Assembly (NCBI GenBank): GCA_965215425.1
Contig: OZ244064.1
Location: 1,244,095-1,308,094, forward strand
Source of the DNA: Dehalococcoidia bacterium
GTDB lineage: Bacteria > Chloroflexota > Dehalococcoidia > Lucifugimonadales > UBA3495
DNA: 64,000 nucleotides
Reading direction: 5' to 3'
Shown here: one piece after another, positions 46,242 through 55,576 of the stretch
How positions within the stretch are numbered: the first letter of the stretch is position 1
How the letters are laid out: each line of letters starts with the position of its first letter
Notes under the pieces: generated by a model
What the model was told of the DNA's origin: nothing
Databases searched by the model: none
Seen by the model: the letters and a program-made list of their open reading frames with translations, nothing else
Program-made: the position numbers and the translations under genes

Positions 46242-47117
46242 CTAGGGAGACAGGGCGATCAGGGTCAGTCCCAGGACAATAAAAACGGAGCCCAGCAGAC
46301 GGCCCCGGCCAAATGGCTCCTGGAGAATGAAGACGCCCAGCAGCACGCCAACTACTATCCCTATCTCCCGGGCCGGGGCCACGTAGCTGACCCGGGAGAG
46401 GGAGAAAGCGGTCAGCACCAAACCATAGGTTACAAAGGTCAGAACTCCCGCCGCCAGGATACGCCAAGCGTTGATTTTCCACTCCAACCACACCGTGGCC
46501 GAGGTGTGGTTCCGCAATATATAAGGAGTCAGACCAATCATCGCGCCCAAGGTCAGCAGGTAGCTGTAGAGAAATGGCGAAACGTACTCTACGCCTCGCT
46601 TGTCCACCAGGGAATAAACGGTGATGGTCAAGCCGGTGAGGACAGCATATCGGGTTCCGCCGTCTTTCAGCAGGACCAGCGGATGATGGAGAATCAGACT
46701 GAACCGACCCCACCAGGATACGATGTAAATGCCGGCGACAATGGCGGCAAGACCCAGTATCGCCGGCAAGGCAATCCATTCCCCCAAAGTCAATACGGCC
46801 AGGACCGGAACCAGCATCGTGCCGATGCCCCGGGAGATGGGATAGACCAGGGAGAGGTCGCCCCGGGCATAGGCTCGTCCCAGCAACAGGAAATAGAAGC
46901 TGTGGACTACCGACGAAGCCAGGACCAGCCACCAACCCGGCGGCGGGATGGGGTTGAAATACAGCAACACCGCCCCCAGCGGAGCCAGCAGCAAACTCCC
47001 ACCGGCCAGGATGGACCAGGCAAAGACTTCCTGGTTCCCGGAACGCTTTACCAACAGGTTCCAGGAAGAATGGGCAACCGCGGACAGCAGCACGAAAACC
47101 AGGGATAATCCAGTCAT
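46242..47117 (-). CDS. EamA/DMT-family transporter
   Basis: 291 aa with about 10 TMS and two EamA-like halves. Confidence 0.85.
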   Translation of the reverse strand: MTGLSLVFVLLSAVAHSSWNLLVKRSGNQEVFAWSILAGGSLLLAPLGAVLLYFNPIPPPGWWLVLASSVVHSFYFLLLGRAYARGDLSLVYPISRGIGTMLVPVLAVLTLGEWIALPAILGLAAIVAGIYIVSWWGRFSLILHHPLVLLKDGGTRYAVLTGLTITVYSLVDKRGVEYVSPFLYSYLLTLGAMIGLTPYILRNHTSATVWLEWKINAWRILAAGVLTFVTYGLVLTAFSLSRVSYVAPAREIGIVVGVLLGVFILQEPFGRGRLLGSVFIVLGLTLIALSP

Positions 47118-47260
47118 GGGAAAAAGTATAACTGAGCCGGCAAGACATAGTAGGGAACTCGGGGCGGGAAATTAGCCCACCCCAACCTATCGAAAACCGG
47201 CCAGAAAGAAGCGGATACCGCGATTGGAACTGGAGGAGGAGAGAAGAGAAAAGAAAGGGT

Positions 47261-47337
47261 TGGTAGCGCATAGGGGATTCGAACCCCTGATCTCCGCCTT
47301 GAGAGGGCGGTGTCCTGGGCCGCTAGACGAATGCGCC
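47261..47337 (-). tRNA. tRNA-Glu (anticodon CUC), CCA encoded
   Basis: I folded the reverse complement by hand: GGCGCAT-TC-GTCT-AGCGGCCCA-GGAC-A-CCGCC-CTCTCAA-GGCGG-AGATC-AGGGG-TTCGAAT-CCCCT-ATGCGCT-A-CCA. The D-arm GUCUAG.GGCCCAGGAC is typical of tRNA-Glu. Confidence 0.85.
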
Positions 47338-47453
47338 ACACCAACAACCGGACACCAGCCCAGGGAGGTATCCAGCAAAAATAATATAGTAAACTTCGCC
47401 GGAATTGTCAACCACTCAGGGCCGGCAAAATCTCCCGGGGAAATCCCCCGGTT

Positions 47454-47760
47454 CGTGGATAACTCCCGGTTTTTCGTGGATAACTTGTTCTAATCGGTGG
47501 ATAGCTCTTCCCCGAAGGTGCAGCGTCTCCGGAGAACCGACCGGTAGGAACCGGCCCCCGGTTTGGCCGAAGCGGTTATCCACAGCGCTGCCAACCTTAT
47601 CCACACCCAACTCCTTCCCGTCCGTGTTAGAATAGGTGATGTCAACCGGAAATCAGGTTGGATAAATACCAGTTATCCACCTGTAAACCCCTTTATTATT
47701 ACCTTTCCTGTATATTAATTCTTCTATGATCGATACAGTAAGACTTAACATTAAAGCCGG
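47454..47760. other. candidate oriC: seven DnaA boxes plus an AT-rich unwinding segment
   Basis: TTATCCACA at 47576-47584 and 47597-47605. TTATCCACC at 47673-47681. Reverse-strand TTATCCACG at 47454-47462 and 47475-47483. Reverse-strand CTATCCACC at 47496-47504 and TTTATCCAA at 47658-47666. AT-rich tract 47688-47760 with a GATC, running into the obg start. Confidence 0.75.
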
Positions 47761-49048
47761 GGATGGCGGAAACGGCTGCGTCAGCTTTCTTCGGGAGAAG
47801 TTCCGACCCAAAGGCGGACCCAACGGCGGGGATGGCGGGGACGGGGGCAATGCCTACGTGGTCGGCGATGCCTCGCTGAACACCCTCCTGCATCTGAAAT
47901 ACAACAGCACGATTTACGTTGACCGGGGCGGTCATGGCAAGGGCAAGGGACAACGCGGCGCCAACGGCGAAGATACCATCATCCGGGTTCCCCTGGGCAC
48001 CGTTGTATGGCTGATGCGCCGGGGCGGCAACAAAGACTTCCTGACCGACGTGACCGACGCCGCTCCGCGATTGGTAGCCCAGGGAGGAATGGGCGGTTGG
48101 GGCAACGCCCACTACGTCTCATCCACCAACCAGGAGCCGGTCCTGTCTCAAAAGGGTGAAGGGGGGGAGTACGTGGTGCTTTTCCTGGAACTGAAGCTGC
48201 TGGCCGACGTTGGTCTGCTGGCCCGGCCCAATGCCGGCAAATCCACCCTTATATCCCGCTGTTCCGCCGCCAAACCCCGGATCGCCGACTATCCCTTCAC
48301 GACGGTCGAGCCGGTGCTGGGCGTAGTCAACAACCGGGGCCGGGACTTTGTAATGATGGAGGTGCCCGGACTGTTGGAGGGAGCGCACGAGGGGGTGGGC
48401 CTCGGCGACCAGTTCCTGCGCCACGCCGAGCGGGCGCGCCTGTACGTCCACGTCCTGGACGGTCTCTCCGCCGATCCGGTGGCCGACTTTCACATGATTA
48501 ACCGGGAGATTCAGGAGTTCAACCCGGCCCTGGCCCATAAACCCCAGCTGATCGCCGTTAACAAGCTGGACGTAACCGAGGTGCGCCAGCGCCGGGCCGA
48601 GTTGGAAGCGGCGCTGCGCCGGGCGGCGGCAGAATCCCCGGTCTTGCCCGGCGGAGCGGACCCTCCGGTACTCTTTATCTCGGCGGTCAGCGGCGAAGGG
48701 ATCGAGGAGTTGCTGGGCCGGGTAATTGAGCTGCTGGCCCAGCTACCCCAAGCGGAGCCGGCTACGCCGGCCGGCCGCCCCGGGGAAACAGCGCCGGCCC
48801 GGGCCGGCCCCGACCGGCGCCGGCCGGCCGCCCAACCCATCACCTTTTACCGGGAGAAGGGGGTGTACGTCATCCGCTCCGAGCAATTGGAGCGACTCAG
48901 CGCCCTGGCCGATACCCGGGACTACCGGGTGCTGCTCCAACTATGGCGGGAGATGACCCGTTTGGGCATTGCCCGGCGGTTGGAAGAGGCCGGAATTGAA
49001 CCGGGAGATACCATCCGCATCGGCCGGGCGGAAATGGAATGGTTCTAA
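47726..49048 (+). CDS. obg: GTPase ObgE/CgtA
   Basis: MIDTVRLNIKAGDGGNGCVSF...GGDGG (Obg fold), GLLARPNAGKST (G1), and a C-terminal OCT-like domain. Confidence 0.95.
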   Translation: MIDTVRLNIKAGDGGNGCVSFLREKFRPKGGPNGGDGGDGGNAYVVGDASLNTLLHLKYNSTIYVDRGGHGKGKGQRGANGEDTIIRVPLGTVVWLMRRGGNKDFLTDVTDAAPRLVAQGGMGGWGNAHYVSSTNQEPVLSQKGEGGEYVVLFLELKLLADVGLLARPNAGKSTLISRCSAAKPRIADYPFTTVEPVLGVVNNRGRDFVMMEVPGLLEGAHEGVGLGDQFLRHAERARLYVHVLDGLSADPVADFHMINREIQEFNPALAHKPQLIAVNKLDVTEVRQRRAELEAALRRAAAESPVLPGGADPPVLFISAVSGEGIEELLGRVIELLAQLPQAEPATPAGRPGETAPARAGPDRRRPAAQPITFYREKGVYVIRSEQLERLSALADTRDYRVLLQLWREMTRLGIARRLEEAGIEPGDTIRIGRAEMEWF

Positions 49049-49121
49049 TTCAACTCTGATTCAATCAGGAATTGGCGACTATAAAACCGGGCTTCGTAAT
49101 TTCTGATTCGTAATTATAGTT

Positions 49122-49736
49122 ATGCGGGTAGGTATTCTGGGCGGCACCTTCGACCCGATACACCTGGGCCACCTGATCATCGCCGAGGAGAGCCGCCTCG
49201 GTCTGTCGCTGGACCGGGTGCTGTTTGTTCCCGCCGGCCAGCCCTGGCTGAAGGAAGGGCAGCCCCTGACCGAGGCCGGCCACCGGCTGCGGATGGTGGA
49301 ACTGGCCGTCGCCTCCAATCCCCACTTTGACTGCCTCCGCAGCGAACTGGCCCGGCCCGGCCCCAGTTACACCGTGGATACGCTGGAAGAGTTGCGGGCC
49401 GGCCTGGGGCCGGAGGTTGAACTGCACTTCATCCTGGGCCGGGACGCCTTTGCCAGTTTTCACCGTTGGAAAGAACCGGAGCGACTGCTGGACTTGTCCC
49501 GGCTGGTGGTAGTGAGCCGCCCCGGTTACCGGGAAGAGCAGGGGGAGGGCGGCATCGACCGGATCCGGGCCCGCTACCGGGAGCGCGCCGCCCGCATAAC
49601 CGTACTATCAGTACCCTGGGTGAACTTCAGCGCTACCGAAATTCGCCGCCGGGCCGCCGCCGGCATCTCCTTCCGCTACCAGGTCCCGGAGCCGGTGGAG
49701 CGGTATATAACCGAGCATGGGTTGTACCGGGGATAG
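49122..49736 (+). CDS. nadD: nicotinate-nucleotide adenylyltransferase
   Basis: MRVGILGGTFDPIHLGH...ISATEIR. No SD is visible; TAATTA/TATAGT lies immediately upstream. Confidence 0.9.
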   Translation: MRVGILGGTFDPIHLGHLIIAEESRLGLSLDRVLFVPAGQPWLKEGQPLTEAGHRLRMVELAVASNPHFDCLRSELARPGPSYTVDTLEELRAGLGPEVELHFILGRDAFASFHRWKEPERLLDLSRLVVVSRPGYREEQGEGGIDRIRARYRERAARITVLSVPWVNFSATEIRRRAAAGISFRYQVPEPVERYITEHGLYRG

Positions 49737-49756
49737 GGCCCGGTAAGGGCCGGCTG

Positions 49757-49818
49757 TTGACAGGCTCCTTTTCTGCCTGTATTGTACCTTGAAATTAATC
49801 AGTGTGATGAAATTCACA
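49757..49818 (+). promoter_or_regulatory. candidate promoter plus a perfect TGTGA-N6-TCACA palindrome in the AT-rich leader of the PRTase gene
   Basis: TTGACA (49757-49762), 17-nt spacer, TATTGT (49780-49785). TGTGAtgaaatTCACA at 49803-49818. Confidence 0.45.
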
Positions 49819-49957
49819 ATACTGATCGTATATTTATAAAAGTATAAGAAGGTGTCAATACTGTTACCTTGACTGTAGCGTAGGCAGATACGCTATACCG
49901 TAGCAGTTTTCTTATATATTTTTGTTATTGGTTCAAATCAAGTAGTCCGGAGGCATC

Positions 49958-50587
49958 ATGCTGCTAGAAAAATCCAGAGCCGGCACAGCAACGAATCCGG
50001 TGGCTCTGTTGCAGCGATGCGGCGCCTTGCTGTTTGGCGAGTTTGAGCTGGCTTCCGGGAAGATTACGGATTACTACTTTGACTCCAAACGCTTGACGCT
50101 GGATCCTGAGGGGGCGGAATTCGTAGCGAAGCAGCTTGCCGGCAAGCTGGACGAGCTGGGTGTAGATGTGGTTGGTGGAACGGCCTACAGCGCGATTCCC
50201 ATCGCCTCCCACATTTGTCTGTACAGCCGGCTGCGACAAGGCCGGGAAATTCCGGCCTTTTATATCCGAAAGGAAGGCAAGGGTCACGGAACCAATGAGC
50301 TCGCGGAAGGCGTTTTGCCCGGCAAGGGCAAAAGGGTAGCAATAGTGGAGGACGTGGTAACGACCGGGGGGTCGCTGCTCGACTCGATCGACAAGTTCAA
50401 TACCATCGTGCAGGAAAAAAGCCTGGGTTGTACCTTGAAGTACGCAATTACTTTGGTTGACCGGGACGAGGGCGGCCGGGAGGCGGTAGAAGCGCGGGGT
50501 TACACGTTCTGGTCTCTCTTCACCGTGGTGCGCGACGACAAAGGCCAGGTCAACTTCCGTTTTAACGGCTTTGACGACCTGATTTAA
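49958..50587 (+). CDS. orotate phosphoribosyltransferase-like type I PRTase
   Basis: 209 aa. FGEFELASGKITDYYFD and the PRPP loop VAIVEDVVTTGGS. Visibly lower GC than its neighbours. Confidence 0.75.
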   Translation: MLLEKSRAGTATNPVALLQRCGALLFGEFELASGKITDYYFDSKRLTLDPEGAEFVAKQLAGKLDELGVDVVGGTAYSAIPIASHICLYSRLRQGREIPAFYIRKEGKGHGTNELAEGVLPGKGKRVAIVEDVVTTGGSLLDSIDKFNTIVQEKSLGCTLKYAITLVDRDEGGREAVEARGYTFWSLFTVVRDDKGQVNFRFNGFDDLI

Positions 50588-50609
50588 CCGGGCTGATCCA
50601 CTGCTCCGG

Positions 50610-51731
50610 CTACCCTTCCCCCGGCCCGAACAGTTGGGACAGGGCAATTATCTCGGCGCTGCCCTGGGCCGGGGCGGCCAGAGCTAGCTGGGCGCCGGCG
50701 GTGGCCCGGGCGGTGCGGACGTAGCCCAGGCCCAGCAGTTCGCCGGTGGTGGGTATGACTGCCAGGGACGTTACCTGACCCACGTTCCGTCCCTCCTGCT
50801 CCAGGTTCGCCCCCTCGGACACTGACCCGCCGGCGGAGAACCGCAGCCGTACCAGGTACTTCTGCACCTTTTTGTAGGTATCCAGCCGGGCGATGACCTC
50901 CTGCCCGATGTAGCAGCCCTTGGCGAAGTCGATGGAACCAATCAGGCCGGCCTCCAGCGGGTTATAGGCGTCGCCCAATTCCCGGCCATAACGGGGTACG
51001 GCGTATTGCACCAGCGCCGCCTCGTAGGATTCCAGCCCCGCCGGGGTAAGGCCGGCCGCCGTCAGGGTCTGCCAAATCGCCGGCGCCGCCTCCTTTCCGG
51101 TCAGCAGGTCAAAGGCCGGCAGTTCCCCCAGGGGCCGGCGGATAACCAGCGCTTCCTGGCCGGCGATGATGGTGGAAAAGGCGGAATAGGGTTCCAGGGT
51201 CTCCAGTCTCTTCCCGTCCCTTTCGGGCGCTCGGCCCGAAGTAAGACCGGTATCAAGGCCGGTGTCGCGGCCAGGGTCAAAGCCGGTATCAAGGTCGGTA
51301 TCGCGGCCGGTATCAAGAATGGAAGCCAGGGCCGCCTCGCTGCGGGGGCCGCATACCGTCAGGAGCGCCGTCGCCGTCGTCCCGTCGGTAACGGTCAAGT
51401 CCTCCATAATGGTGTATTTGTCCAGCCACTCCATCACCCGCTGCTGGGTGCCGGGACTGGTGAGCAGGAGAGTACAGGCTCCGGTATTAACCACGCCCAA
51501 CAGGTCGAGGATACGGCCCCGGTCGGTGGTCAGGATGGTAGGCGCGCCCCGGCCCGGGGGCAGGTTGACCACCCCGTTGGTGGAAAGGCGGTTGAGCAGG
51601 TCCAGGGCGTCCTCGCCCCGGGCCTGGAGCCGTCCGGTACGGGAATTGTCGTGGAGCGCGGCGGCCTCGGTAACCGCCCGGTACTCGGCGGCAGCGTCGG
51701 AATAAACCCGGGGCGGCGGGGGCAGGGTCAT
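50610..51731 (-). CDS. GcvT/YgfZ-family folate-binding protein
   Basis: 373 aa. The ...GCYIGQEVIARL... motif is typical of YgfZ/GcvT. Contains an internal low-complexity insert: GRDTDLDTGFDPGRDTGLDTGL. Confidence 0.75.
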   Translation of the reverse strand: MTLPPPPRVYSDAAAEYRAVTEAAALHDNSRTGRLQARGEDALDLLNRLSTNGVVNLPPGRGAPTILTTDRGRILDLLGVVNTGACTLLLTSPGTQQRVMEWLDKYTIMEDLTVTDGTTATALLTVCGPRSEAALASILDTGRDTDLDTGFDPGRDTGLDTGLTSGRAPERDGKRLETLEPYSAFSTIIAGQEALVIRRPLGELPAFDLLTGKEAAPAIWQTLTAAGLTPAGLESYEAALVQYAVPRYGRELGDAYNPLEAGLIGSIDFAKGCYIGQEVIARLDTYKKVQKYLVRLRFSAGGSVSEGANLEQEGRNVGQVTSLAVIPTTGELLGLGYVRTARATAGAQLALAAPAQGSAEIIALSQLFGPGEG

Positions 51732-51908
51732 GCTGAAACCTCCGGGGCAGTGTTCTTTCGGCAGGGTTCGCAGGGTTTCTGGTAGCGTTCTTTCCGGTTA
51801 TTGTAGCCCGTTCCGTACCCCGTTCTCTCCGGGACCCGCTCTCTCCGGGAAAGGGAGCCGGGGTTAAGGTAGCCGGCGCTGGCGCCGGTACGTTTGGCGC
51901 CGGTACGT

Positions 51909-52364
51909 TTAGCGCCGGGATGACGGAGCCAGCAGCGCCCGCTCAATGGCCCGGCGTACCGGGCGCAGGTAGGGGCGGGCCGCCCGCAGCCGGGTCATCA
52001 GGTTCGGCAGCGCCACCCATTGGCATTGGTCGATGCCTTCGGTCAAGTCGGGCTGCAAGGGGTCGGCCAGGGCGCCGGCGTAGTCCATAAAAAACCATTG
52101 CACCGTCTTGTTAACCGGCCCGATCCGGTAGTAGGAGATATAGCTGCTGCGGCAAAAGGGAGCGCGGATGGTAATTAACCCGGGACGCAGGCCCGTTTCC
52201 TCGGCCACCTCCCGCAGGGCGCATTCCTCGTAGGGTTCGCCGGGGTAGTCCAGCTTGCCCTTGGGCAGGTCCAAAAGCCGGTGCTTGCGGATAACCAGGG
52301 CATTGCCGCCACAGAGGACCAGGCCCCCGGCGGCGAACAGTTGCGGCAGCTCAGCTCTATTCAT
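51909..52364 (-). CDS. NUDIX hydrolase
   Basis: 151 aa. Nudix box LPKGKLDYPGEPYEECALREVAEETGL. Overlaps the PPK2 stop by 8 nt. Confidence 0.8.
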   Translation of the reverse strand: MNRAELPQLFAAGGLVLCGGNALVIRKHRLLDLPKGKLDYPGEPYEECALREVAEETGLRPGLITIRAPFCRSSYISYYRIGPVNKTVQWFFMDYAGALADPLQPDLTEGIDQCQWVALPNLMTRLRAARPYLRPVRRAIERALLAPSSRR

Positions 52365-53250
52365 GTATGTGAATCCGTTCCAGGATCCCCACCTGCTCGC
52401 GGTTTAACCCGGTGAACAACACCCCGTCCACCACCATATCGGTCAGCATATCCGTTTCTGCCGCCTGGTAAATATACTCGGGCCGCAAATCCTTGCCCGG
52501 GAAGTCAAATCGGGTCAGGATGTAGTGGATAGTGTTCAACCGGGCCTGCTGCTTGTTGTCCGAATCGATGATGACCCAGGGGGCATAGTCGGTGGAGGTA
52601 ACGGCGAACATCCGCTCCTTGAAATAGGTTAACAGTTGCCAGCGTTCCGCCACCTTGCGGTCGTTGGCCGAGTATTTCCAGTATTGCAAGTCGCTGTCCT
52701 GGCGTAGCCGGAACCGCAGGTCCTGGGACTCCCGGGACACCGACAGGTAGATTTTGATTATGGAGACCCCTTCATCTACCAGATCCTTTTCCCAGTCGTT
52801 CACCCGGTTCATAAAGTAATGATACTGGCGCATGGAGCAGTAACCCATGGCCGGCTGAACCAGGGCGCGGGAATACCAGGAACGGTCAAACACAATCATT
52901 TCCCCGGGCCGGGGCATCAGCTTGTAGTGGCGGCCCAACCAGTTGCGCATTTCCTGGGCTGAGGGGATGCCCTGGCTGATAATGGCGGAGGACCTGGGAT
53001 TCAGGTAATGGGTAATGGTGGCGGCGGTGCTGCCCTTGCCGGCGGCGTCCCGCCCCTCCAGGACGATGGCGACCCGCCGGCCATTGTCGATAACCGATTC
53101 CTGCAAGGCCAAGAGCTGGCGGCGCAAGATGCGCAGCTCGGCCCGGTAGGCCAGGTACTCGATACCCCGAAAGGCGGCTACGTCGTGTCGGGTTGCCGTA
53201 GTTTCGGGCAGGATACTGGCCTTTTCTTTTACTGCATCGTAAGCGACCAT
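52357..53250 (-). CDS. polyphosphate kinase 2 (PPK2) family protein
   Basis: VAIVLEGRDAAGKGSTAATI (Walker A of PPK2), FDRSWYSR, and a lid region. Start ATG 53250 is preferred over TTG 53268. Confidence 0.85.
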   Translation of the reverse strand: MVAYDAVKEKASILPETTATRHDVAAFRGIEYLAYRAELRILRRQLLALQESVIDNGRRVAIVLEGRDAAGKGSTAATITHYLNPRSSAIISQGIPSAQEMRNWLGRHYKLMPRPGEMIVFDRSWYSRALVQPAMGYCSMRQYHYFMNRVNDWEKDLVDEGVSIIKIYLSVSRESQDLRFRLRQDSDLQYWKYSANDRKVAERWQLLTYFKERMFAVTSTDYAPWVIIDSDNKQQARLNTIHYILTRFDFPGKDLRPEYIYQAAETDMLTDMVVDGVLFTGLNREQVGILERIHIHE

Positions 53251-53488
53251 GGGCCAACAACCGTCCAACCATCCAACCGGCTCTTTACGTCCAGTTTCCT
53301 CTGTTCCCTTGCCGGCTTATCCTAAATAACCCGGGGCGGCCCTGTCAATCGGCCTCGTCAATCTATAGTAGCGCCGCGGGCCGGAACGACGGCCGGGGAC
53401 TTGTGGTACACTGGTTTAACTGTTCCGAATACCGATACCGGGAACCGAACACCGGGAACCGAACCGGAAACCGATACCAGGAGGAGCT

Positions 53489-54031
53489 ATGCCCCCCAAG
53501 CAGTATGCCACCGCGCCGGAGTTGATTCTGGAGCCGACCAGGCGTTATTCGGCGACCATTCGCACCAATCACGGCGCGATGACCCTGGAGTTGTTTGCCG
53601 CCGAAGCCCCCCGCACCGTTAATAATTTTGTCTTTCTGGCCCGGGAGGGTTTTTACGAAGCCGGCTGCTTCCACCGGGTAATCAGGGACTTTATGATCCA
53701 GGGCGGCTGCCCCGAGGGCAGCGGCCGGGGCGGGCCGGGCTATCGCTTCCAGGACGAACCGGTTACCCGCCCCTACGTCAAGGGGACGCTGGCCATGGCC
53801 AACGCCGGGCCTAACACCAACGGCAGCCAGTTCTTCATCGTCCACGGCCAAAACGTGGGTCTGCCCCCCAACTACACCATCTTCGGAATGCTGGTCGCCG
53901 GCGAGGAAACGCTGGATACCCTGGCCAATGCGGCGGTAACCTCCGGCGGCAGCGGCGAAAGCTCCACTCCCGCCCAGCGGCTGGAAATACGCAACATAGA
54001 AATCGACGAACAGGAGATAACCCCCGCCTAG
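53489..54031 (+). CDS. ppiB: cyclophilin-type peptidyl-prolyl cis-trans isomerase
   Basis: FHRVIRDFMIQGG...GTLAMANAGPNTNGSQFFI. Confidence 0.92.
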   Translation: MPPKQYATAPELILEPTRRYSATIRTNHGAMTLELFAAEAPRTVNNFVFLAREGFYEAGCFHRVIRDFMIQGGCPEGSGRGGPGYRFQDEPVTRPYVKGTLAMANAGPNTNGSQFFIVHGQNVGLPPNYTIFGMLVAGEETLDTLANAAVTSGGSGESSTPAQRLEIRNIEIDEQEITPA

Positions 54032-54130
54032 ACTCACCCCTCAAGAGGAGCCGCCGGCGCAGCGGTTCAGCAGTGGTTCGCTGCGTCGGCGGCCTATCCG
54101 GGTGAAAATGCCCCTCAGTACTACGGGATT

Positions 54131-55081
54131 ATGGGCACGCTTTACGTTGTTGGCACTCCGATCGGCAACCTGGAGGACCTCACCCGGCGGGCCGCCCGCA
54201 TTCTGGGGCAGGTGGGCCTCATCGCCGCCGAGGATACCCGGGTTACCCGGCGGCTGCTGAACCACCTGGGCCTGCGGGTTCCGCTAATTAGCTGTAACCG
54301 CCACAACTGGCCGGCCCGGCTGCCGGAGTTGCTGCGAGCGCTGGAATCCGGGGACGCCGCCCTGGTTACCGACGCCGGTATGCCGGCGGTCAGCGACCCG
54401 GGCAGCGAGGTTACCGCGCAGGTCGCTGCCGCCGGGTTTCCGGTGGAGGTTATTCCCGGAGCCTCGGCGGTTACCGCGGCATTGGCCGCCGCCGGTATGC
54501 CGGCCGATTCCTTCCTCTTCCTGGGGTTCTTGCCCCGCCGCCGCAAAGACCGCCGGGCCCGACTGGCGGCGGCGGCCCCTTTGCCCTTTACCCTGGTCAT
54601 CTTCGAAGCTCCCCACCGGCTGCGGCCCACCCTGGAGGACCTGCTGGCGACCCTGGGCGACCGGAACATTGCCGTCTGCCGGGAGTTGACCAAGCTCCAC
54701 GAGGAAGTCCGGCGCAGCAGCATTGCCCAGGCGCGGGACTATTTTACCGCGCCCCGGGGCGAGTTCGTCCTGGTGGTGGCCGGAACCGGAACCGAAACCG
54801 GAAAGCAGGCCGGGCCGGCGCTGGAGACGGGCCCGGAGACGATGCTGGGAACGGGGCTGGAAAGGATGCTGGGAACGGCGCCAACCCCGGCCGGCCGGCC
54901 GGCGGCGCAAGCGCAACTGGCGCAACTGCGCCGGGAAGGTAAGCGGGGTCGCGAGGCGGTGGCCCGCGTCGTCGCCGCCACCGGCCTCTCCCGCCGGGAG
55001 GTTTACCGGCTGTGGGTGGAAACGGCGGAGACCAATACCCCCTCACCTCAACCAGCGCCCCAACCGGCTGATTCGGGGTGA
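54131..55081 (+). CDS. rsmI: 16S rRNA (cytidine1402-2'-O)-methyltransferase with a C-terminal low-complexity extension
   Basis: MGTLYVVGTPIGNLEDLTRRA...AEDTR...SDAG.P..SDPG pattern. The tail carries repeats: GTGTETGKQAGPALETGPETMLGTGLERMLGT. Confidence 0.9.
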   Translation: MGTLYVVGTPIGNLEDLTRRAARILGQVGLIAAEDTRVTRRLLNHLGLRVPLISCNRHNWPARLPELLRALESGDAALVTDAGMPAVSDPGSEVTAQVAAAGFPVEVIPGASAVTAALAAAGMPADSFLFLGFLPRRRKDRRARLAAAAPLPFTLVIFEAPHRLRPTLEDLLATLGDRNIAVCRELTKLHEEVRRSSIAQARDYFTAPRGEFVLVVAGTGTETGKQAGPALETGPETMLGTGLERMLGTAPTPAGRPAAQAQLAQLRREGKRGREAVARVVAATGLSRREVYRLWVETAETNTPSPQPAPQPADSG

Positions 55082-55156
55082 GGGTATATTGACCGGGAAA
55101 TACCGGGCGGAAGGCCCGGCCCAGCTAGGGCCGGGCCGGCCAGACTAACAAGGTGT

Positions 55157-55576
55157 CTAGGCTACGACGGCTACGCCCTGGCCGACGGCGGTGGTGTCGC
55201 CGTTCTGGTTATGGCACTGAACCTGCACCGTTACCTGCGTTCCCTGCTCCGCCGGCTCCTGATGAATTACCGAGCCGGATACGGTGATGGTGTCGCCGCC
55301 CTTGACCGGGCGGAGGAACTTCAGGTTGACGCTGCCGGTGTGGTTAAACACCTCCGGGCCGAAGAACTTGCGCAGGGCCTCGGCGGCGAAGGTGATGGAC
55401 ATCCGTCCCGAGGCGATGGCGTAGGTGGTGCCCAGCCGTTGGGCGGCCAGTTCCGGGTCGTTGTGGATGTTTTGCCGGTCCAGGATGCCACAGGACTCAA
55501 ACTGGTTGATGCTTTCCTGGGTGATGGCCTTGGTCAGCGTGGGGATGGTTGCGTCGTCTAGGATTGGGGATGCCAT
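55157..55576 (-). CDS. MaoC-like (R)-hydratase hotdog protein
   Basis: 139 aa. NIHNDPELAA hydratase motif. Confidence 0.8.
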   Translation of the reverse strand: MASPILDDATIPTLTKAITQESINQFESCGILDRQNIHNDPELAAQRLGTTYAIASGRMSITFAAEALRKFFGPEVFNHTGSVNLKFLRPVKGGDTITVSGSVIHQEPAEQGTQVTVQVQCHNQNGDTTAVGQGVAVVA

